DNA of 32,000 nucleotides from Candidatus Heimdallarchaeota archaeon (GTDB lineage Archaea; Asgardarchaeota; Heimdallarchaeia; Heimdallarchaeales; Kariarchaeaceae): NCBI GenBank assembly GCA_030149205.1, contig JASBSB010000003.1, positions 210,001 to 242,000 of the forward strand, read 5' to 3'. Shown piece by piece: positions 24,744 to 32,000 of this stretch (position 1 is its first letter; each line of letters starts with the position of its first letter). The notes under the pieces were generated by a model. It saw only the letters and a program-made list of their open reading frames with translations, ran no database searches and was not told where the DNA came from. The position numbers and the translations under genes were made by a program.

Positions 24744-26576
24744 ATGTGTGACAGAATTAGAAAGTTCATGAACAAAACTCAAAAGTTTTGTGTTGATACA
24801 AATTTTTTTATTACCTTATACTCTGCTGACCCTAGCAAGTTCATAGAGGACCAAAAACTTTTCTTAAAGCTCGGGATAGAGTTTGTTATATCATCATATG
24901 TTCAACGTGAGATGCGTTGGTACATGAGAAGAATTATTGAAAAAGAAGTTAAAGTTGTTAATGTCAAAGAGAATGAACTATCAAAATACGAAAATGCACT
25001 AAAAAAACGATTAAAGTCACTACCTCAGACACCAGATGTTTCTGTTATTTATGTTGCTCAGAAACTCGGAATTGGCATTGTGTCCTCAGACTTAAAACTG
25101 ATAGAAACTGCTGAAGCAATCAATTTAAGATCCTACATGAATAGTTCATTTCTGGTTTACCTACTCCAGAAAGATATCGATGAACAAACTCAAAGAAAAC
25201 TAGAAGAATTACATGATAAACTCTTCGCTGATGAAGTAGGTTATTCTGTCAAGGGTCAACATGTGTATGATCCGGTCATACGAATTAAAAAAATCATGGA
25301 TTCTGCTTTGGATGTGGTTAGAAAAAATGAATCATTACATCAATCTGCTGAAACCCCAGTCAATTATAATTATCCAGAGTATTTGGAATTGAAGCAAATT
25401 ACAAAGGAGATTAGAACCGACCTAAGTGATTACTTGGATTTGTTAGAAATAGGAGACTATATTTCTTTGCAAGAAATATTAAAGGAAAAACATTTCACTC
25501 TCTTAGACAGGGCAACGGAGGTTCATCTTCTTGACGTCTCAGAGAAAGATAAAGTATATCAGGAAGCAATGATCACACTAGGTCATATTTTGCTATTAGA
25601 GGTCTCGAATGATTTAGCCTTGCAGGACATTGATTCGATGGAATCTAATTTGAATTTGTTAAATCTATTAGCAATGGAAATTGAGGAAATTGGTCAAAGA
25701 TTAGAAATCGATTTACATCTCTTCAGAATTGTTGTTTTTATCTTGACAGAACAATTCAAGAGGTTAAACATTTATTTTACAACAACTTTTATGGAGAGGT
25801 GCAGAAAATCAAACAGGGAAGATATCGTTGATTTAATTCGCACCTTTGGAATAGTATCTGCGGTTTTGTCAAACAATAAAGCTGAGGAAACTGCAACCGC
25901 CAAGGATTTCAGTGAAATTGAATTTATAATTCAATTGGGTTTTCAGTTCGCTGCAATTAAGAAAGCAAAAAAATCTTGGCTTTTATTAGAGCAAGCCCTT
26001 TATATGAGCCTAAATTCAAAGATGCATGGATTAATCTATGCTACTTTTGAGGTTTTACTTCCATTAAATTATGCCACTGGAGGATTTAGTCCCACCATCG
26101 ATGAGTTGATAAGGCTTGTTCAGAAAAAGTCTCCTGAACTTCCCTTAGATGTTTATGAAAAGAGATTGGCGCTTATTCAGAATATAGAACCCTCACAGCT
26201 TATTAAACGCCAAAAGGATATTTCAGCCCTTCCTTCCAATTTTCAAGGATATCTAGATGTATTAAGTGTTGAACTTTCCTCCTTCAAACAAATTGGAAGC
26301 TGTCATTTTGTAAAGGTAATAGAATGGGAATCAATGAATATTGTTGGATTAATTGATCCTAGCTTGTCAATTCCAATGAACTCTACAGTAGGAACAAGTA
26401 TAAAAATTATTTCAGGTAAAGTGAAACTTATACAACCTCCGAAGAAGTTATCAGAAGCTAAAGGTGTATCACTAATTTTAGTATGTTATCCAAATGACCT
26501 CAAGTTCCTTTTAAGAAAGGCGGGAAATTATTCTGTTACACGGTCGAACCAAAAAATATCAGATTATGATTTATAA
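24744..26576 (+). CDS. Large PIN-domain protein (N-terminal PIN, helical middle, beta-rich C-terminus); alternative ATG at 24768
   Basis: FCVDTNFF, VQREM, TPDVSVIYVA and IVSSDLKL provide the four acidic PIN positions. About 330 aa of helical/TPR-like sequence follow, then a beta-rich (OB-like) tail. Confidence 0.8.
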   Translation: MCDRIRKFMNKTQKFCVDTNFFITLYSADPSKFIEDQKLFLKLGIEFVISSYVQREMRWYMRRIIEKEVKVVNVKENELSKYENALKKRLKSLPQTPDVSVIYVAQKLGIGIVSSDLKLIETAEAINLRSYMNSSFLVYLLQKDIDEQTQRKLEELHDKLFADEVGYSVKGQHVYDPVIRIKKIMDSALDVVRKNESLHQSAETPVNYNYPEYLELKQITKEIRTDLSDYLDLLEIGDYISLQEILKEKHFTLLDRATEVHLLDVSEKDKVYQEAMITLGHILLLEVSNDLALQDIDSMESNLNLLNLLAMEIEEIGQRLEIDLHLFRIVVFILTEQFKRLNIYFTTTFMERCRKSNREDIVDLIRTFGIVSAVLSNNKAEETATAKDFSEIEFIIQLGFQFAAIKKAKKSWLLLEQALYMSLNSKMHGLIYATFEVLLPLNYATGGFSPTIDELIRLVQKKSPELPLDVYEKRLALIQNIEPSQLIKRQKDISALPSNFQGYLDVLSVELSSFKQIGSCHFVKVIEWESMNIVGLIDPSLSIPMNSTVGTSIKIISGKVKLIQPPKKLSEAKGVSLILVCYPNDLKFLLRKAGNYSVTRSNQKISDYDL

Positions 26577-26623
26577 TACCGATATTTCAGAAAGGTTATA
26601 ACTATATTTTACCAATTATTTCC

Positions 26624-27544
26624 ATGGGATATTCACAAGTTATAGATAACTTAGATCATATTAATGGAGGTTACGGGGAATTAGGTGAGAATTTCGGAGC
26701 AGTATTACTACAAAGTGTTAACTCTATTGTGCTTGGACTTTCAGGAGACAAAGTTATAGGACATCTGAAACAAAAAGTGCAAAATGAAGGAATTAAAAAT
26801 TTTAACCTGATTCTTCCTTTTGTAACTTATCATGAGCTAGTTAATCTCGATAATTTTAATAAGACTTTTCCAAACTCAACAATTCTAGTTTCTGAGGGTT
26901 TACAAAATTTAATAGAGAATCCAACCGAAAATTTGTTCACAGACCATTTTTTGAGAATTGACAAGAACAATCCTAAAAAGGCCGAAAAAAAGCTTCCAAA
27001 CAAGATTAAGAACGTAGAATACATTGATAAGTCTTGGAAATGGGAGATGGAAGATAATAAATTGCTACCTGTCTTTATGGAAGGACCTCAAAGAGGGAAT
27101 TGTTTCATCTTCTCTGTCTCTCACAAGGCAATATTTACGGGGATTTTTAATGGAATTTCCCCTGCTGACAGAAACCTGTATTATTTAGATTTAACAGGAA
27201 GTATCCCAAAATATGATGAAGGTTTTAAATTTTTAGCTCAAGCAAATGTTGATTTGAATTTTCCAGCCTATGATCAAGCAGAGTTTCCCAGAGATAATTA
27301 TATTTCTACAGCTTATATTAAAAGTTCAATCTCAGAAGACAAGGAACTCATCAAAAAAATCCTAAGCTCTAAATTTATGAGATTTAATGAAATCGTAGAT
27401 GCCTATGTACTTGAAAGAGGAGAAGTGAACGTGTTCCCTTATAACTCATTGAGCTTTACCGAGACAAAGGTTATGAAACTCCTGACAGAATTAGATATTC
27501 AAAATATGATCGAGAGCAATGGAGATCAATTTAGATTAAAGTAA
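26624..27544 (+). CDS. Metallo-beta-lactamase-fold protein lacking metal ligands, with C-terminal winged helix
   Basis: The MBL scaffold order is retained but ligand positions are substituted: LPFVTYHE for THxHxDH, GPQRG for GHTxG, IFTGI for FxGD, FPAY for PGH. C-terminal KLLTELDIQNMIESNGDQFRL is wH-like. Confidence 0.65.
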   Translation: MGYSQVIDNLDHINGGYGELGENFGAVLLQSVNSIVLGLSGDKVIGHLKQKVQNEGIKNFNLILPFVTYHELVNLDNFNKTFPNSTILVSEGLQNLIENPTENLFTDHFLRIDKNNPKKAEKKLPNKIKNVEYIDKSWKWEMEDNKLLPVFMEGPQRGNCFIFSVSHKAIFTGIFNGISPADRNLYYLDLTGSIPKYDEGFKFLAQANVDLNFPAYDQAEFPRDNYISTAYIKSSISEDKELIKKILSSKFMRFNEIVDAYVLERGEVNVFPYNSLSFTETKVMKLLTELDIQNMIESNGDQFRLK

Positions 27545-27635
27545 AAGCGTGTTTTTAATTCCATTTATATTAATCTAGTCAAATTAGGCCGATTTAGATA
27601 AACAAAACCATAAAGTCGTAAAATTAAACAGAAGT

Positions 27636-28559
27636 ATGGTTTATAGTTTTTTGTCAGGAGGGACTGGAACACCTAAACTCCTTCAAGGATTTCGAGAAAT
27701 TGTAGAAAGATCATCAATTCACGTCATTAGTAACACAGGAGATGATTTTTATTGGAATGGTCTATTTATCAGTCCTGATGTTGATACACTCCTCTATCTC
27801 TTTTCTGGGAAACTTGACACTTTAAAGTTCTGGGGGAGAAAAAATGAGACTTTTGAGGCTTTAGACACAATAAAATCCTTAGGTTTGGAGACTTGGTTTA
27901 ATATTGGTGATAAAGACCTAGGACTCCATATTTTTAGAAGTAAACAGCTAGGAGAAAAATCATTGACAGAAATATGTGGACTGATATCCCAAAATTGGGG
28001 TATTTCCGAAAAAGTATTCCCGATGAGCAATAATCTTGTTCCCACTAAACTAGTGACTAAAGATGGAACAAAACTTGGATTCCAGGAATATTTTGTAAAG
28101 TTGAGAACTCAAGTAAGTATAGAAGAAGTAATTTACGAGGATTCATATTCTGCAAAAACTACACCTGAAATAAAATCCAGCCTTGATCTGGCCAAACAGA
28201 TAATCATTGGGCCAAGCAACCCAGTTACCAGCATTGGACCCATCACTGCTATAAAGGAAAATCGTGAAATGCTGATTAAATATAGATCCAAGGTAACAGC
28301 AGTCTCTCCCATTCAAGGAGACCAGGCCTTTTCAGGTCCAACAACAAAATTGATGGCAAGTGTTGGAATTAAACCATCTCTTCTGGGATTGGCTGAGCAT
28401 TATCAAAAATTCATATCAAAACTTGTCATAGACCCTCTGGACATAAAATATAAATCAGAATTAGAGGATTTAGGTATAGAGGTCTTAATTGGAAATATAA
28501 GAATGAATACTTTAGATGAGAAGGTCAAATTAAGCCAACTAATTTATGACTCAATTTAA
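27636..28559 (+). CDS. cofD: 2-phospho-L-lactate transferase (F420 biosynthesis)
   Basis: FLSGGTGTPKLLQG, NTGDD, ISPDVDT, IGDKDLG, IIIGPSNPVTSIGPI, AVSPIQG, FSGPTTKLM. Confidence 0.95.
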   Translation: MVYSFLSGGTGTPKLLQGFREIVERSSIHVISNTGDDFYWNGLFISPDVDTLLYLFSGKLDTLKFWGRKNETFEALDTIKSLGLETWFNIGDKDLGLHIFRSKQLGEKSLTEICGLISQNWGISEKVFPMSNNLVPTKLVTKDGTKLGFQEYFVKLRTQVSIEEVIYEDSYSAKTTPEIKSSLDLAKQIIIGPSNPVTSIGPITAIKENREMLIKYRSKVTAVSPIQGDQAFSGPTTKLMASVGIKPSLLGLAEHYQKFISKLVIDPLDIKYKSELEDLGIEVLIGNIRMNTLDEKVKLSQLIYDSI

Positions 28560-30433
28560 CTTGAAGAGAAGAAAATTGGACGCTTGGAAAGAAATTTAGA
28601 CATTGGCAATTTTTGCTTTATATATTTACCATTTTTGTCCAACAGGAATGGAACAAGTTCAGAAACGTTCATATTCAAAATAGTTCCATCTCTAGCTTTG
28701 AGCTGAATTTCACCCGATTCCACTTCTTTATCACCGATAACGAGGGTATATGAAGACCAATTTCGCTCAGCATCACGGATCATCTTACCAACTCTATCTC
28801 CTCTATCATCAATCTCTGCTCGTATTCCAGAAGTTAGAATCTCATCTGTTAATTTAACTGCGTATTCTAATTGCTTTTCTGTGACAGGAAGAATTCGTAT
28901 TTGACATGGAGCTAACCAAAATGGAAATTTAGATTTTTCCCCTTTTTTAATTCGAATTGCGTTCCTTTCTAATATTCCATAGATCACTCTTTCAACCGCA
29001 CCACTCATTGAGGCATGTAAAATCAATGGTTGATGCTTCTGCCCATCTTCACCAAAATAGGTTATATCAAAACGCTCCGCATTTTCTACATCTATTTGAA
29101 CAGTTGATAGTGCAGCTGCCTTCCCTTGACTATCTACTATATTGAATTCAAATTTTGAAACAAAATATGCATATCTCTTATCAAAAAGTTCCAGCATCAC
29201 AGGTTTTTTGATGAGAGTGATCATCTCATGAATCCAAGTCTTATTGGTTTCGTAAAAATCTGTTTGGAACCTGAAAACTGCCTCATATTCCAATTCAAAA
29301 TCATTCATCATCTGAACACAGGTCTCATATTGTTCACGAAACTCTGATTTTGCCATATCCATATCTGCTACCACGGTGTGTTGATCAGGCATTGAAAATG
29401 TCCTTAAACGCCTTAAAGCGGCTAATTCTCCACGCTGTTCTCTTCTGAAACTATAATGGGTCATTTCAAATAATTTTAAGGGTAATTGGCGGTAAGAGAT
29501 GGTTGCATCGGATGCTATCATAAATTGACCAAAACATGCAGCGAATCTAAGAAAGTATTGATCAGTTCCACTTTTAACTGTATATTGCCTTGCTGGAAAC
29601 CTATTCATATAACTTGCAAGGGCTGGATGCTTAAAATCATACATTATTGGAGTCTCAACACAATAAGCTCCTTTCTCTACCAATGTGTTTGTAACATGGG
29701 TTTCAATTAATCTTTTCATTAACCATCCCTTAGGATACCACCTCATGTTTCCAGCATCACTTGCGGGTTCATAATCAACCAATTCAAGTCGTTGCATTAA
29801 TTCTACGTGTTCAGGTGGTTTATCACTTGATCGCCTTTTCTCAGTTTCGTACTTGAAAAAAGTGTACAGATCAGATTTTTTATCAAAGTTAAACTCCTTG
29901 TATGGAACTCTTTTTCCATCTGAGGTATAAACAAAAAATTCATGGGAACTTTCATCCTCAGCTTTTATTGCAGCACTCTCTATCTCGAGGGCGGCTGGCT
30001 TATCATCGGAAGAAGTAAATTCCCTGCTGAGTTCAGATAGAGGATGTCCCTTTACTTTTATCATAAAACCCTTATACCATCCAAATGGAGCTCGAATTAC
30101 ATTTTTATATTTATTAGTTTTGTTTAGCCCATCCTCAACCTCCCTTAGTACTTTAAGCGCATAATCAGGTCTACCTGGAGATGAAGTGAGATGAACCCAA
30201 GGGTAGCATACCACATTTTGAACCTTCAGTTCGTTTGCGACCTTATTCACTTCCTCTATTGTTCGCTTCACAGTGGCTTCTGGGTTTTCTTCATCTGACT
30301 TTTCAACCGCCATCATGACAACAAGTGCGTTATCAATCTTAACTGGCTTTTTGTCAACCTCTTCTGCTGAACTAATTGCTTTTTTCTTAACTTCGTATGC
30401 AAATTCATCTGAATGGAGCAAGAGAATTTTCAA
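28556..30433 (-). CDS. thrS: Threonyl-tRNA synthetase, archaeal type with N-terminal editing domain
   Basis: MKILLLHSD, YPWVHL and RAPFGWYK (archaeal editing domain); FAACFGQF, SFRREQRGE, MPDQH, LHAS, GAVER; anticodon-binding domain. TTG start with SD GGTGA. Confidence 0.96.
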   Translation of the reverse strand: MKILLLHSDEFAYEVKKKAISSAEEVDKKPVKIDNALVVMMAVEKSDEENPEATVKRTIEEVNKVANELKVQNVVCYPWVHLTSSPGRPDYALKVLREVEDGLNKTNKYKNVIRAPFGWYKGFMIKVKGHPLSELSREFTSSDDKPAALEIESAAIKAEDESSHEFFVYTSDGKRVPYKEFNFDKKSDLYTFFKYETEKRRSSDKPPEHVELMQRLELVDYEPASDAGNMRWYPKGWLMKRLIETHVTNTLVEKGAYCVETPIMYDFKHPALASYMNRFPARQYTVKSGTDQYFLRFAACFGQFMIASDATISYRQLPLKLFEMTHYSFRREQRGELAALRRLRTFSMPDQHTVVADMDMAKSEFREQYETCVQMMNDFELEYEAVFRFQTDFYETNKTWIHEMITLIKKPVMLELFDKRYAYFVSKFEFNIVDSQGKAAALSTVQIDVENAERFDITYFGEDGQKHQPLILHASMSGAVERVIYGILERNAIRIKKGEKSKFPFWLAPCQIRILPVTEKQLEYAVKLTDEILTSGIRAEIDDRGDRVGKMIRDAERNWSSYTLVIGDKEVESGEIQLKARDGTILNMNVSELVPFLLDKNGKYIKQKLPMSKFLSKRPIFFSSS

Positions 30434-30538
30434 TATATCACCAAATTATAATTTGTATTGAGTAGTCCTACATTAAACCTTTTTGAAACATTAGTAAGAA
30501 TATAATCTATTTAGTTAGGGATACAATTCTGCGTTGTT

Positions 30539-31549
30539 TTATTTTTTCTTTATTTGGTTTGTAAACAGGAGACACTTAACAAAATGTCCCGGGACAAGTT
30601 CAATGGTATCAGGAATTATTTCTGAACATTCTGGCATAGCTTCAGAACATCTTGGATGGAATCTACAACCCGTGGGGGGATTAATTAAATTCGGAATTGT
30701 TCCTGGAATTGAATATAACTCATCATCCCTTCTAGCGTTTGCATCAGGTATTGATTTCAGTAAAGCTTTAGTATATGGATGTTTAGGCTCTTTGAAAATT
30801 GTTACAACATCTCCGATCTCAACTATATTTCCTGCATACATCACAGCAACTCGGTCACACATTTCAGCTATGACTCCTATATCATGGGTAATTAAAATGA
30901 TAGAAGTCTGAAACCTATTTTTTAGGTCTCTCATTAGGTCTAATACTTGGGCTTGAATTGTAACATCAAGTGCTGTAGTTGGTTCATCTGCTATTAATAA
31001 GTCAGGATTACATGATAAGGCTAGAGCAATCATGACTCTCTGCCTCATTCCTCCTGAAAACTGCCAAGGATAATCTTTCAATCTTTTTCCTGCGTCAGGG
31101 ATCCCAACTAAATCAAGTAAAGTTCGGGTTTTTTCAGTTGCTTCATCTTTGGTTACCTGTTGATGAAGCATTATAGCCTCATTAATCTGATCCTCTATCG
31201 TCAAAACAGGGTTGAGTGAAGTTAGAGGATCTTGAAATACAACTGCAATTTGATTCCCTCGGATTGATCTCATACCAGATTCTGGAACCTCTAAAATTGA
31301 TTTCCCTTTCCAGAGAACATCACCACTAATGATTTTTCCTGGAGGTTGTGGAATTAGTCGAAGAATGGACATTGCTGTTACAGATTTTCCAGAGCCTGAC
31401 TCTCCAACTAATCCAAGAACTTCACCTCTTTGAACATCGAATGTAACTCCATCCACAGCTTTTACCACACCATCTTCAGTAAAAAAATAGGTATGAAGGT
31501 CATCAACTTTTAAAATAATATTTTCATCAAAGGTCTCTTCTTTTGACAT
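30539..31549 (-). CDS. oppD: Oligopeptide/dipeptide ABC transporter ATP-binding subunit (OppD/DppD)
   Basis: GESGSGKS, FQDPLTSLNP, FSGGMRQR, ADEPTTALDVTIQAQ, ITHD, HPYT, GCRFHPRC. Confidence 0.92.
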   Translation of the reverse strand: MSKEETFDENIILKVDDLHTYFFTEDGVVKAVDGVTFDVQRGEVLGLVGESGSGKSVTAMSILRLIPQPPGKIISGDVLWKGKSILEVPESGMRSIRGNQIAVVFQDPLTSLNPVLTIEDQINEAIMLHQQVTKDEATEKTRTLLDLVGIPDAGKRLKDYPWQFSGGMRQRVMIALALSCNPDLLIADEPTTALDVTIQAQVLDLMRDLKNRFQTSIILITHDIGVIAEMCDRVAVMYAGNIVEIGDVVTIFKEPKHPYTKALLKSIPDANARRDDELYSIPGTIPNLINPPTGCRFHPRCSEAMPECSEIIPDTIELVPGHFVKCLLFTNQIKKK

Positions 31550-31674
31550 AAAGTTAGTACTCCGTTACATGCTTAATCCTTTGGACTGTTTTAAATGTGC
31601 TTAGTTTGACACATATTTAATGTGGCATTCTTTAATTCTAAATATTTGCATTTAGGAAGTATGAGCTAAGAATT

Positions 31675-32000
31675 TCAGCTTGATAGCTTTTTTTCAGAGA
31701 CCCCAATTTTTGGACAGAAGTTTGTCAAAACACAATTTTGACAATCAGGATTTCTTGCTTGACAAATCGCCCGTCCATGAGAAATGATTAAATGAGTGAT
31801 TTCAACCCAATGGTCTTTAGGTACAATTTTCAAAAGCTGTTCCTCAATCTTTAGAGCATTTTTGCCAGTTACCATGCCTAACCTATTGAACACACGTATC
31901 ATATGAGTGTCTACTGTTATACCAGAATCCTTTATCCCAAACCCGTTTCCAAGTACAACATTTGCAGTCTTACGTCCCACACCTGGAAGTTGAATTAATT
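31675..32000 (-). CDS. nth: Endonuclease III, C-terminal part (5' end outside the window)
   Basis: HhH LIQLPGVGRKTANVV (catalytic Lys), VDTH (Asp), HGR and Fe-S motif C-x6-C-x2-C-x5-C. The frame is open to the window edge. Confidence 0.93.
   Translation of the reverse strand, partial: LIQLPGVGRKTANVVLGNGFGIKDSGITVDTHMIRVFNRLGMVTGKNALKIEEQLLKIVPKDHWVEITHLIISHGRAICQARNPDCQNCVLTNFCPKIGVSEKKLSS

Noticed and set aside
24027-26576. VapBC toxin-antitoxin pair (AbrB-like plus PIN)
   Set aside because: The genes are divergent and 270 nt apart, and the PIN protein is 610 aa and multidomain, unlike compact co-transcribed vapBC loci.
6687-31000. Other small antisense or alternate-frame ORFs in the track (e.g. 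6687, 10891, 11170, 12151, 13300, 14135, 14244, 14411, 15003, 18177, 18810, 19788, 21367, 21691, 23109, 26830, 27794, 28957, 29486, 30273, 30534)
   Set aside because: All lie largely within or antisense to confidently identified genes and have shadow-ORF composition.
1-32000. CRISPR arrays, IS elements, rRNA or long tandem repeats
   Set aside because: None seen; the window is almost fully accounted for by coding sequence of uniform low GC.

Overview
AT-rich archaeal chromosomal window with no CRISPR array, integrase or transposase detected. It is very likely from an Asgard archaeon, probably Heimdallarchaeia. That assignment is inferred from a Rab-like GTPase, a RING-finger protein, archaeal-type ThrRS and an intron-containing C1:G72 tRNA-Tyr. 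Housekeeping and metabolic genes: mptE-like, ahcY, livKHMGF, AK6-type adenylate kinase, cofC, cofD, thrS, oppD, nth, rqcH and a dihydrolipoamide-dehydrogenase-family flavoprotein. A 1431-aa membrane-anchored S8 protease is also present. Most interesting observations: (1) a complete but rearranged oapABC/arvABC small-GTPase module, whose arvB gene is under-called in the ORF track because it appears to start at ATA behind a GAGGTG Shine-Dalgarno; (2) a double-zinc-ribbon RING protein with Listerin-like ligand spacing two genes upstream of rqcH/NEMF; (3) two translationally coupled paralogous coiled-coil/winged-helix genes directly upstream of the Rab-like GTPase; (4) a 610-aa PIN-helical-beta protein followed by a metal-ligand-free metallo-beta-lactamase-fold protein; (5) a box C/D-type kink-turn inside the tRNA-Tyr intron; (6) a LivH-LivM fusion broken by a T9 homopolymer. 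All family assignments come from motif recognition by eye; no database search was run.
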